Of a stretch of DNA of 35,310 nucleotides, positions 10,771-22,767 are shown piece after piece. Source of the stretch: Octopus bimaculoides. Its lineage: Eukaryota. Below the pieces are notes generated by a model. The model was not told the DNA's origin, ran no database searches, and worked only from the letters and a program-made list of their open reading frames with translations. Position 1 is the first letter of the stretch; each line of letters begins with the position of its first letter. The position numbers were made by a program, and so were the translations under genes. The DNA lies in NCBI RefSeq assembly GCF_001194135.2, contig NC_069002.1, forward strand, positions 29,703,611 to 29,738,920, given 5' to 3'.

Positions 10771-11562
10771 AGTCGCATTTATCGGAGTCTTGATCCTAAT
10801 ACTTTGGATTTTTCTTATGTGAATGTCACCTGTTTACGTTAACTGATGTCTTTGTTAATTCTATTGATATATAGAAGGAAAACAAGCGCTCTTTACATTT
10901 CCCAAAACTTTGAAATACAGGCTTTTGTGGTTAATATGATATAAATACAGCACTATGTACCTGGCAATCATTTCCTATAAAACAGACGAGTCACCATCAT
11001 TTGTACGATGAACTTTATCTCTTATTGTTTATCCTGTTACTTGTGTCAGAAGATGATGTTAGGTTTGAAAATCCTATCTTTGTCTATAACGTCTGATTGT
11101 ACATCAAACAAGGAAAGAAGTTACCATCCCTTCGTCCATGTTTTTTTCCTAAAAGAAGCATTAGTGACTTACGGAGAGGATTGGCTCAATCCAATACATT
11201 ACGAGAAAGTAAGAAATAAAAATAAAAAATCAAGAAAGAATCATTGATATGTCACCCGAAGAAGAAAAAATCAATATAGCGATTATTGTGTAAAAACATA
11301 CAAGTATTTTATCTCTGAGGCTTACGGAGGAGGAAGGGGAGGAGTATGAGGAGGGTTGAGGTATAAGAAAGAAGTGATTACATGAACAATAATTCCACAG
11401 AAATGATATATAGACATATATAATATATATACATACAAATAAATATACTCATTTTGATGTATATAGGTATGTATGAATGTGTGTGTATGTGTATATATGT
11501 GTACGGTGATGTGAGTGATTGCATGTGTTCTTATGTATATGGATATTTACATAAACTTATGC

Positions 11563-11593
<31 letters not shown>

Positions 11594-12352
11594 TATATAN
11601 NNNNNNNNNNNNNNNNNNNNNNNNNNNNNNNNNNNNNNNNNNNNNNNNNNNNNNNNNNNNNNNNNNNNNNNNNNNNNNNNNNNNNNNNNNNNNNNNNNNN
11701 NNNNNNNNNNNNNNNNNNNNNNNNNNNNNNNNNNNNNNNNNNNNNNNNNNNNNNNNNNNNNNNNNNNNNNNNNNNNNNNNNNNNNNNNNNNNNNNNNNNN
11801 NNNNNNNNNNNNNNNNNNNNNNNNNNNNNNNNNNNNNNNNNNNNNNNNNNNNNNNNNNNNNNNNNNNNNNNNNNNNNNNNNNNNNNNNNNNNNNNNNNNN
11901 NNNNNNNNNNNNNNNNNNNNNNNNNNNNNNNNNNNNNNNNNNNNNNNNNNNNNNNNNNNNNNNNNNNNNNNNNNNNNNNNNNNNNNNNNNNNNNNNNNNN
12001 NNNNNNNNNNNNNNNNNNNNNNNNNNNNNNNNNNNNNNNNNNNNNNNNNNNNNNNNNNNNNNNNNNNNNNNNNNNNNNNNNNNNNNNNNNNNNNNNNNNN
12101 NNNNNNNNNNNNNNNNNNNNNNNNNNNNNNNNNNNNNNNNNNNNNNNNNNNNNNNNNNNNNNNNNNNNNNNNNNNNNNNNNNNNNNNNNNNNNNNNNNNN
12201 NNNNNNNNNNNNNNNNNNNNNNNNNNNNNNNNNNNNNNNNNNNNNNNNNNNNNNNNNNNNNNNNNNNNNNNNNNNNNNNNNNNNNNNNNNNNNNNNNNNN
12301 NNNNNNNNNNNNNNNNNNNNNNNNNNNNNNNNNNNNNNNNNNNNNNNNNNNN

Positions 12353-12432
<80 letters not shown>

Positions 12433-13966
12433 TGTGTGTGTGTGTATGTATGTATGTTTGTACGTTTGCATGTGTGCGCTTGTGTGTATATATGTATATT
12501 TATGTGTGTGTATACGTGTATTTGTGTGTGTATGTATGTGTGTGTGTGCGTGTGTGTGAGCGTTTGTGTCTGTGTGTGTGTGTGTCTACATGTGTGGAAA
12601 GATAATTCTTTGTTATAGACATCGACAACTTTCGGAATTGATAAAAACTTCGAAACGAATACGAATGTCTTCGATCAAGTTCTCTGCAACTTGTTTCTAT
12701 TTTTCTATTCAAATCTGGTGCATCTATTATTAACATAATCAGAACTTTGCGAAACTCAGCGGAATTTTCAGGCGGTCGAATGAAACAAAAGAAGAACCGC
12801 AATTCCTTAGTTGCAGTTTACGAAGCTTATATTGTTTGGAAATTCTTCATTTTCTTTGATGTTACTTTACAATTCGATTTTCTATGTATCTTGCTTCTTT
12901 CAATGTAATATATTCAAGAATACTTTTGTAGAAATATTTACCATTATTCGGTATCTCTTGACTTCGAATTGGAGCACATTCTTGTGTACATCAAAATGGG
13001 TGTTATATTGGAAGTACTTTTCGCTTTTCCGATCCCTCTTGCTCTTTTTCCGTGTATATATATATATATATATATATATATNNNNNNNNNNNNNNNNNNN
13101 NNNNNNNNNNNNNNNNNNNNNNNNNNNNNNNNNNNNNNNNNNNNNNNNNNNNNNNNNNNNNNNNNNNNNNNNNNNNNNNNNNNNNNNNNNNNNNNNNNNN
13201 NNNNNNNNNNNNNNNNNNNNNNNNNNNNNNNNNNNNNNNNNNNNNNNNNNNNNNNNNNNNNNNNNNNNNNNNNNNNNNNNNNNNNNNNNNNNNNNNNNNN
13301 NNNNNNNNNNNNNNNNNNNNNNNNNNNNNNNNNNNNNNNNNNNNNNNNNNNNNNNNNNNNNNNNNNNNNNNNNNNNNNNNNNNNNNNNNNNNNNNNNNNN
13401 NNNNNNNNNNNNNNNNNNNNNNNNNNNNNNNNNNNNNNNNNNNNNNNNNNNNNNNNNNNNNNNNNNNNNNNNNNNNNNNNNNNNNNNNNNNNNNNNNNNN
13501 NNNNNNNNNNNNNNNNNNNNNNNNNNNNNNNNNNNNNNNNNNNNNNNNNNNNNNNNNNNNNNNNNNNNNNNNNNNNNNNNNNNNNNNNNNNNNNNNNNNN
13601 NNNNNNNNNNNNNNNNNNNNNNNNNNNNNNNNNNNNNNNNNNNNNNNNNNNNNNNNNNNNNNNNNNNNNNNNNNNNNNNNNNNNNNNNNNNNNNNNNNNN
13701 NNNNNNNNNNNNNNNNNNNNNNNNNNNNNNNNNNNNNNNNNNNNNNNNNNNNNNNNNNNNNNNNNNNNNNNNNNNNNNAGAGTTTTTCAGTGTCTTCTGC
13801 ATTGCTATATATATATATATTACAATAGCTGTCACGACAAGAAAACTCTGAAACCACTTTGATCCGAAGAATACTTAGACAAGCATACCGCCATTAATAT
13901 CAGTAGCAAAGGAATAAAGAGAAAAATACAGAACTACGTATGAAGCTTTAATGTGAGGATATACAT

Positions 13967-14005
<39 letters not shown>

Positions 14006-14162
14006 CATATATACAAAAACACACATACATACACACACATATATATATATTTACATACGCAAATGCGCATATTCACACACATGTCTGTTTATACATGTAT
14101 ATATATTAACATACATCTATGCGCATCTTTACACACATATCTGTGTTTATGCATGTATACAA

Positions 14163-14212
<50 letters not shown>

Positions 14213-15051
14213 CTTTATGTATATATGTATATATCTGTTCTAATATCTATATTTCACTGTGTTTGCGCCCGCGCACTTGCATGTGTGTGTGAGTGAGTAT
14301 TTCTCCATTGCTTCTAGTGATTATTGTCGCAGAATAATGTATAAAGATAGTTGTTCAAAGTTGTATTACAAAGGAACCTAAAGCGATTCATAATGAAGTT
14401 TAAATCGTTAGCGTAACAATTGAGTGAACAATTGATAATACGAATGGCGATGTTAGGTAATGTTTGTATGAATATGTGAAATATAAAAAGTATCGTGTTC
14501 ATGAACATGTCTGTTTATGTTCTCATGAAACGGCTCTCAGCTTATGGATGAAAGGATTGAGCAGAGCTCTTAAGACTATGCCAGAATCAGCTGGAGATAT
14601 GTTCCAACTAAAACTGCACAAAGGAGAATAGACGTGCGCTCCCAAACATGCAATTTACCCTGCGTTTCAAATTGACGGTGTTACGATATCCAAGGAGCGT
14701 TTCAAACTGATGGTGTTACAATATCCAACATCTTTGGGGCAACTGAACAATGCAGGAAACTGCGCAGGAGAACACAACAATAGTGCAAAATGCTGCAAAA
14801 GATGGGTAGACAGGAGTCAGGACCTCAGTGTGGCCCTTCCCCAGGAGTTAAGGGCCAAAGCATTTGATAGCAGAATATTCTCCGAATATCTTCCCTTATA
14901 CATTTCTTTCTAGTTTCATACTTTCTTGCTATTTAATGTATAACTGTGAGTATTTCTGAAGATATGTTGTTTGGCCGGAAGTTTTAATCAGCCATTGAAA
15001 GTTATGGAGTGGTTCGTTCAGCCAGTTAAACAGAGACCTATAGGTAGAAGG

Positions 15052-15130
<79 letters not shown>

Positions 15131-16004
15131 GAATAGGAGAATTACAGAAATGTTATTTTAAGTGGACTGACAATACTTCTTTGAATCTGTCGTCTTCATG
15201 TATATTAAGTTGTCACTTCAAAGATGTACTACAATAGAAATTGAAGCGACTGATAGTCAAGAATTATAACTTGTAAGCATAAGGAGTTAATTCGTTGTTG
15301 ATTACATGAATAGAGATGTTGGAAATAATATATGTAAATTATATGAGTATAATGTTGATATTTAATCAATAAGCGTGTGTCCATCAAAACATATTTTGTT
15401 TCACACGCGGTGCTTCGTCAGGTAATCAATAAAACTGTGTGGTTATTTCAGTTGATTAAACAGAGAAATAGGTAGAAGGTAAAGGTTAGATGGATATAGA
15501 AACGATATATCTCCGTTGTCAGTCATTTGTGGCTATTGAGTTGATTCGACTCTTATTTCTAGCAATGCCAGTAGCTCTGTCACGTCTATAAATTTGCTTT
15601 TAGGTTGTTAAATTGGTAATAAGCCACCCATATTATTTATAGTTTTCACTTTTACCGTTTTTTTTTAAAATCAACATATGATTTTAAAGGTTTGTTTATA
15701 AGCTGAAAAGGTGAGTTCAGTTTAACCCTAGGCCACCGATGTGTTGAGCATAACCCTAAGAGCCACCGATGAGAATTAAGATGCTCTGCATCAAAATTCT
15801 AAATCACAGTGATCTGGGTATGTCCGGTGGGGCAGTAACCTCCCTTGTCCGTCATGAGAAGAGTGCTTCTGTGGCTACTGAGTTGATCTGACACTTATTT
15901 CTAGCAATGTCGGTACCACTTACTATTCTTTGTCACGTTAGGGACGTCTATATATGTATATAAATATGTATACATATATGTATGTATGCGTGTATATATA
16001 TTAT

Positions 16005-16308
16005 TTTGTTTAAAAGAGTTCCAACACTGTCTGTTTTTTATGTTTTATTTATATTCCTGCAGAACCAATGTGGGGTATAGAATATGGAATATACAATATA
16101 TAATATAATATACAATATATAATATAAAATAAAATAAAATAAAAATGGATGGCACCATGAAAGAAAGTATTGAATGTAGATGAAATATTGAGTGTTCAAT
16201 ATAAAGGATCAAATATATAAATATAAATATATAAAGGCGACTCGAGTTTCAGGGCTATTTCCCTTCGTCATGGCCGGTATGACAGACTTTAACAGACTAT
16301 AAATATAT
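16005..16308 (-). mobile_element. Possible Penelope-like element terminal remnant flanked by TA-rich repeats
   Basis: About 300-bp block between (TA)-rich sequence and a gap, containing the hammerhead-like motif; the assignment rests only on the known hammerhead-Penelope association. Confidence 0.35.
16236..16275 (-). ncRNA. Minimal type-I hammerhead-ribozyme-like motif (Penelope-type) with a 1-nt core insertion
   Basis: Minus strand GGC-CATGACGA-AGGG-AAATAG-CCCT-GAAA-C-TCGA-GTC-GCC: stem I GGC/GCC, stem II AGGG/CCCT, GAAA, palindromic stem III ACTCGAGT, GUC cleavage triplet. The core is CAUGACGA rather than CUGANGA. Confidence 0.6.
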
Positions 16309-17052
16309 NNNNNNNNNNNNNNNNNNNNNNNNNNNNNNNNNNNNNNNNNNNNNNNNNNNNNNNNNNNNNNNNNNNNNNNNNNNNNNNNNNNNNNNNNNNN
16401 NNNNNNNNNNNNNNNNNNNNNNNNNNNNNNNNNNNNNNNNNNNNNNNNNNNNNNNNNNNNNNNNNNNNNNNNNNNNNNNNNNNNNNNNNNNNNNNNNNNN
16501 NNNNNNNNNNNNNNNNNNNNNNNNNNNNNNNNNNNNNNNNNNNNNNNNNNNNNNNNNNNNNNNNNNNNNNNNNNNNNNNNNNNNNNNNNNNNNNNNNNNN
16601 NNNNNNNNNNNNNNNNNNNNNNNNNNNNNNNNNNNNNNNNNNNNNNNNNNNNNNNNNNNNNNNNNNNNNNNNNNNNNNNNNNNNNNNNNNNNNNNNNNNN
16701 NNNNNNNNNNNNNNNNNNNNNNNNNNNNNNNNNNNNNNNNNNNNNNNNNNNNNNNNNNNNNNNNNNNNNNNNNNNNNNNNNNNNNNNNNNNNNNNNNNNN
16801 NNNNNNNNNNNNNNNNNNNNNNNNNNNNNNNNNNNNNNNNNNNNNNNNNNNNNNNNNNNNNNNNNNNNNNNNNNNNNNNNNNNNNNNNNNNNNNNNNNNN
16901 NNNNNNNNNNNNNNNNNNNNNNNNNNNNNNNNNNNNNNNNNNNNNNNNNNNNNNNNNNNNNNNNNNNNNNNNNNNNNNNNNNNNNNNNNNNNNNNNNNNN
17001 NNNNNNNNNNNNNNNNNNNNNNNNNNNNNNNNNNNNNNNNNNNNNNNNNNNN

Positions 17053-17094
<42 letters not shown>

Positions 17095-18065
17095 CACAGA
17101 GAGGACGAGAGAAGATCGCTGTACCTGGAAGTTGTATTCTAAGCTAAGTGACAAAGTTCCCTTGAACCTGTCTCCCCTGTGTATACCAGGTATAATATCG
17201 CTTACTAAGAACAAATTAGATTCGCTGGAGCAAACATAGAACTGTACGACTGGAAGTAAATATTGGATTAGGATCTCGTAGACAAAAAGTAACACAATAA
17301 AAAAAAAACGATTAATTTAATAATAAAGAATATGCAATTTCAGAATTCTGGAAAATAGTACAATTGCATGTACTGTTTGGAATTCTATCAAAGTAATTAG
17401 ATTTATAACATAATAAGATACACTTGCGGAAGCAGTAAGGTTATTTTTCTTGGCATATCTTAGCAGGAGAACCTCAAATGTCGTTCTTGTTTTATATTAA
17501 GTGTTTCATTCCGCTTTTGTTTCTTTTTTTCGTTTTTTGTTCTTGTTCTTGTTCATGATACGATTAATGTTATAAGACCAGTAACAATATCTCATTTCTA
17601 AAATATGGTTGCCTTAATACAAGGGCAACAACAACAGCAACCATGGCAACAACGATGCCGATGACGATGATGACGTCGATGATGACGACGACGACGACGA
17701 CAACAACAATAACAAACATCTTTTGAAGAATTTGAAATGTTATTTCGTATGCACTGACTATAGTAGAAAAATACATGTCCACTCGCACATATTCGTATAA
17801 ATTCACACATGCATATATATACCGATTCCATATATACATACATTCACGTATTGCATATAATATAGTCATTGGTATATACGTACACAACACGAATGTCTGT
17901 GCTTAAGAATTCCGTTTGCAAGCACCTGGTTTCGGGAAGTATTTATATAATAAAAAATTTTTAATTTAAGAAAATCAGTTTTCAAATATTGTGAGTGCAT
18001 CATAAAATTTTATGCTAATTATTTTCTCTCTCTCTCTCTCTCTGCATGCACACACACACACACAA

Positions 18066-18102
<37 letters not shown>

Positions 18103-18767
18103 ACTGCTATCTCTGAAGAGAGAAGGGTTACATAGTCTAATCGTGCTGTTACCTAACGCTCCGTTGAACCCCTAGTGCGAAATCGAGTGATCAGATTGGA
18201 CGTAATGTTTATATAATATTGCACACTTCGAGTAATATATATATANNNNNNNNNNNNNNNNNNNNNNNNNNNNNNNNNNNNNNNNNNNNNNNNNNNNNNN
18301 NNNNNNNNNNNNNNNNNNNNNNNNNNNNNNNNNNNNNNNNNNNNNNNNNNNNNNNNNNNNNNNNNNNNNNNNNNNNNNNNNNNNNNNNNNNNNNNNNNNN
18401 NNNNNNNNNNNNNNNNNNNNNNNNNNNNNNNNNNNNNNNNNNNNNNNNNNNNNNNNNNNNNNNNNNNNNNNNNNNNNNNNNNNNNNNNNNNTATATGCAT
18501 ACACGCACACATATATACATGTATATGATAATTACGTGAATGGTGTAAGTGCCATCGTTGTTGATAACAGGAATGAACACAATGAATATAAGTACAATAA
18601 CAATGATACCTCTAACAACTAAGATATAACAAAAATAATACAAACTGTAATCTAGCTGGAAATAATATGGTAAAATAATGTAACTGTAGAGATGGAAATC
18701 AATGTCCTCTGGCAATCGGGTGTTTGCGTAGAAACATTGTGATTTGTAATAATTTAATATTTACCGT

Positions 18768-19330
18768 TTAATTAAATGACCGTTGTCTTTTCCGGGTGAA
18801 TTGAGGTAAACTTCGTCTTGATTTCTGTACATTTGATATGAATTTGTGCCTATTTTCGTAGCCTACTCTGACTTTAGAAGCTGTTGTCACTAAATTGACA
18901 GCTTGCTCGATTCCTTGGCTATGACAAGGAAAAGGTATTGGCTATGTCAGTCCGATCTTTTTATTTGTTTCTCATAACACGTGCAAGTGCATATATCAAA
19001 CACTTCATTGAACTACTCTAATTTCTTATCAAAACTATCTCCTCTTTGTTTGATAGGTATTTTGTTTAATGTATGAGTAGATTCAATTAATCTCTCAATG
19101 TTTAGAGCTATTCTCTCAAACCCTATATAAAGAAAAGAAAACAATTGTCCCATATTCTTTGCACATCTGCAGCAGCAATCCGGTAACATTCTTTTGTTGT
19201 GAGTGAAGTTTTTGATATCTGTTCTTCACGTTTTCTTATGAATAAATAATGTCGGAAGGTATTGAATGGGGGTCATCGCTATAGGAAATTCTGCAGGAAA
19301 TCGAAATGCTGAATTATGGTTCTTTTACTT
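18768..19330 (-). pseudogene. Degraded, internally deleted DNA-transposon transposase (hAT-related, hATm-like; tentative class)
   Basis: Minus-strand translation with frameshifts and stops: ...REEQISKTSLTTKECYRIAAADVQRIWD...ERLIESTHTLNKIPIKQRGDSFDKKLE*FNEVFDICTCTCYEK / PIPFPCHSQGIEQAVNLVTTASKVRVGYENRHKFISNVQKSRRSLPQFTRKRQRSFN*. PCHSQ.IE..V.LVT.AS resembles the C-terminal PCH(T/S)QAVERxVKLVTEAS motif and IW..LFDIxxCxC the N-terminus of the same invertebrate transposase group (recalled). Confidence 0.65.
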
Positions 19331-20097
19331 CTAGCTGCATTATATAGTTTTATATGCTTCAATTATTACAGCTTAAATCTATGTAAGTATTTTTGTAAAA
19401 TTATAATACAGTTTAGCTCCGAAATAATCTGAAAAACAAAAGAAAATCATTTAACAAATGTATACATTTTCTTAGAAAAAATTCATTTATCACAAATTGA
19501 AAAGTTGTAATGTTACCATGTTGGAGGGGTACCTACCTACCAAGTGTCTTGCATCTCAATGTTTTCTTCTATTTTTACTCATCACATGTCTTAAACAAGG
19601 TTTCTGCATTGAAATATGATCAAATGCTTCATATCCATAAGCAATTTAGGATATATGTGCTAGAGATTATATGATTAATATAGAAAATTAGAGTATCTAA
19701 TTGCGGTGGGATGTATGCGAGGGGTAGCGGGGATCGCATAACCCTAATTTTCATATATTGTATTTAAAATACTATTTGAAACTCTGTGGATACCATGGAA
19801 TTAAGGTTCGTTAAAAATGGCTGCGTTTCGACCTCTCCCCAAAATATGTGTGTGTGTATGTATATATATGTTATATATATATATATATATATATATATAT
19901 NNNNNNNNNNNNNNNNNNNNNNNNNNNNNNNNNNNNNNNNNNNNNNNNNNNNNNNNNNNNNNNNNNNNNNNNNNNNNNNNNNNNNNNNNNNNNNNNNNNN
20001 NNNNNNNNNNNNNNNNNNNNNNNNNNNNNNNNNNNNNNNNNNNNNNNNNNNNNNNNNNNNNNNNNNNNNNNNNNNNNNNNNNNNNNNNNNNNNNNNN

Positions 20098-20131
<34 letters not shown>

Positions 20132-20162
20132 CGTAGGTTTCACTCTCACTGCATCTTCAGCA

Positions 20163-20248
20163 GGTGTCTTCTGCTATAGATTCAAGCCGACCAAAGCCTT
20201 TTGAATGAATTTGATTGGGGGTGGGGGAACTCAGAGTCCAGTCGTATA
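20163..20248 (+). mobile_element. Family B SINE internal fragment
   Basis: GTGTCTTCTGCTATAG...GCCGACCAAAGCCTT matches the family B core at 31437-31480. Confidence 0.6.
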
Positions 20249-20307
20249 CACACACACACGAACACACACACACAGGTACACAGACACGCGCGTGTGTGAG
20301 TGTGTTT

Positions 20308-20340
<33 letters not shown>

Positions 20341-20533
20341 GTGTACTGAATTCAAGTATACGTTGGAAAGTTGGTAAGTTACTCAAACATGAAAAGGGAT
20401 TATATTATCATACATTATCATGCATTATCATACATTATAATATAGAAAGAGAATTAAATATCAATAGAAATCGATAAAATATCAATGAGTTTTAAAACTG
20501 ATTGTTTACTCTCTTTGTTTTTTCCACTTTCAG

Positions 20534-20837
20534 AAATGTGCCACTCACGAAGTCTCCAACAAAACCATCTACCCTACATTTGCGCGGACATTTCCGCCAG
20601 CTAATCAAGTCACAAAGTTCATAGTTTCGTTGTTAAAACACCACAACTGGACACAGTACTCCCTGGTTGTCGGATCTAGTAACCGGATGATGGATATTAA
20701 ATCTAAACTGGTTCAACTCAGTACGGAATACAATCTTAGTATCATCAATATTACCACATACAAGGAACCTTACATCCCAATTGTAGGTAACAGCGAAATA
20801 CCGGGTATCGTGAATAATACCTACCCGCATACAAGGA
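20534..20837 (+). CDS. Internal coding exon of a receptor (membrane) guanylyl cyclase, extracellular ANF-receptor/periplasmic-binding-protein-like domain (Gyc32E/Gyc76C/NPR-like)
   Basis: Long polypyrimidine tract ending ...tttttccactttcag (AG at 20532-20533) and donor A|GTAAGT (GT at 20838). The 304 nt give 101 stop-free codons plus 1 nt (phase 0 to phase 1): KCATHEVSNKTIYPTFARTFPPANQVTKFIVSLLKHHNWTQYSLVVGSSNRMMDIKSKLVQLSTEYNLSIINITTYKEPYIPIVGNSEIPGIVNNTYPHTR. The C...VS.K..YPTFART.PP...V...I.SLL....W motif and terminal TR match invertebrate receptor guanylyl cyclases as I recall them. Five N-X-S/T sequons (NKT, NWT, NLS, NIT, NNT) fit an ectodomain. The ORF track caught only the 3' part (20630-20869). 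Confidence 0.85.
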
Positions 20838-21047
20838 GTAAGTTAACCGGCTTTTTTCTCTACACGTAAATAAGTTGTATTTAACTGTCATGGCTGTTTT
20901 TAAATGTACAGGGCGGGTCAAAACTCCCTCACAAAAGCTAGTTCAATACCTTCCACAATTGTCAATGATCTGCTTCGATTTTTATCTAAAATTAAATTAA
21001 ATAAATAAAATAATGGTGAATGCATGATGAACGAAATGAATATTAAC

Positions 21048-21272
21048 GGTTTCAAATTTTGTCACAAGAACAGCGAGCTCGGGGGAGCGGGTGGGGAGGC
21101 TCAAGTTGTTTATATTGATCCCAGTGCACAACTGGTACTTACTATATTAAACCCCGAAAGGGATACAACGTTTATTCAACCTTGGCAAAATTTGAACTCA
21201 GAACGTAATGATGGACGAAATGCCGCTAAGCATTTTCCGCCATGCTAACAATTCTAGCAGTTCACCGCCATT
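21048..21272 (-). mobile_element. Family A SINE, diverged, followed by (AAT)n
   Basis: AATTTGAACTCAGAACG, GCCGCTAAGCATTT, CCCAGTGCACAACTGGTACTT on the plus strand match the reverse complement of family A. Confidence 0.8.
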
Positions 21273-21287
21273 GACAAAATGGATAAC

Positions 21288-21349
<62 letters not shown>

Positions 21350-22211
21350 CGTAAAATAGATCACATGTCAAATGTTTTGGTGCGTGACTTTTAGCCCACT
21401 CTGTATATATATATNNNNNNNNNNNNNNNNNNNNNNNNNNNNNNNNNNNNNNNNNNNNNNNNNNNNNNNNNNNNNNNNNNNNNNNNNNNNNNNNNNNNNN
21501 NNNNNNNNNNNNNNNNNNNNNNNNNNNNNNNNNNNNNNNNNNNNNNNNNNNNNNNNNNNNNNNNNNNNNNNNNNNNNNNNNNNNNNNNNNNNNNNNNNNN
21601 NNNNNNNNNNNNNNNNNNNNNNNNNNNNNNNNNNNNNNNNNNNNNNNNNNNNNNNNNNNNNNNNNNNNNNNNNNNNNNNNNNNNNNNNNNNNNNNNNNNN
21701 NNNNNNNNNNNNNNNNNNNNNNNNNNNNNNNNNNNNNNNNNNNNNNNNNNNNNNNNNNNNNNNNNNNNNNNNNNNNNNNNNNNNNNNNNNNNNNNNNNNN
21801 NNNNNNNNNNNNNNNNNNNNNNNNNNNNNNNNNNNNNNNNNNNNNNNNNNNNNNNNNNNNNNNNNNNNNNNNNNNNNNNNNNNNNNNNNNNNNNNNNNNN
21901 NNNNNNNNNNNNNNNNNNNNNNNNNNNNNNNNNNNNNNNNNNNNNNNNNNNNNNNNNNNNNNNNNNNNNNNNNNNNNNNNNNNNNNNNNNNNNNNNNNNN
22001 NNNNNNNNNNNNNNNNNNNNNNNNNNNNNNNNNNNNNNNNNNNNNNNNNNNNNNNNNNNNNNNNNNNNNNNNNNNNNNNNNNNNNNNNNNNNNNNNNNNN
22101 NNNNNNNNNNNNNNNNNNNNNNNNNNNNNNNNNNNNNNNNNNNNNNNNNNNNNNNNNNNNTATTTCATTAACGACTAAATTGATTAATTACTAGTGTGAA
22201 TAAATTAGCAC

Positions 22212-22494
22212 GTCACTAGACAGCTGCCATGCTGGAGTACCGCCTAGAAGGATTTTAGTCGAACAAGTTGATTCCATTATTGTTTGATAATTATGGTACC
22301 CATTGTTGCCGCTAGACGTACACAAATCAATACCAATTGAGAAGTGGTGGTTGGACACATGCTGACACAAAAACACACAAATATACATGCATACATACAA
22401 ACATACATACATATATATATAATATATATATGCATATTTATTTATTTATGTGTTTCAGCCAAGTGGCTGCGGTCATGCTGGTGCACCACCGTGA

Positions 22495-22573
<79 letters not shown>

Positions 22574-22723
22574 GAGACAGAGAGACAGAGAAACAGAGAC
22601 AGAGAGAGAGAGATAGAAAGATAAAAATAAATATAAGCATATATATATATTTATGTGTACACATACATACATATATGTGTATGTGTATATGTGTATCTGT
22701 GCGCAAACACACACACACCTATA

Positions 22724-22767
<44 letters not shown>

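Noticed and set aside
11048-11208. Candidate exon (cag|AAG...AAA|gtaaga) with an open frame
   Set aside because: Weak polypyrimidine tract and the peptide has no resemblance to the cyclase or any family I recognise.
12600-13050. Possible Penelope ORF remnant (YFQYNTHF and others) on the minus strand
   Set aside because: No GxxMGSPLS or other RT motif follows; the similarity is too vague to support.
13779-13849. Imperfect hairpin AGAGTTTT...AAAACTCT as a pre-miRNA
   Set aside because: Many bulges, the loop is a (TA)n tract, and it abuts a gap.
18110-18200. Hammerhead-like CTGAAGA...GAAATCGAGTG on the plus strand
   Set aside because: Stem II is not adjacent to the core boxes, stem III is defective and the triplet is GUG.
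18124-19747. AGGGTTA...TAACCCT as TIRs of the deleted transposon
   Set aside because: Only 7 bp match and no TSD.
20128-20170. Second hammerhead (minus-strand CTGAAGA...GAAAC)
   Set aside because: Stem II is at most 2 bp, there is no NUH triplet or stem I, and it overlaps a family B SINE fragment.
20907-20935. TACAGGGCGGGTCAAAA resembling a Tc1/mariner TIR
   Set aside because: No partner inverted repeat found nearby.
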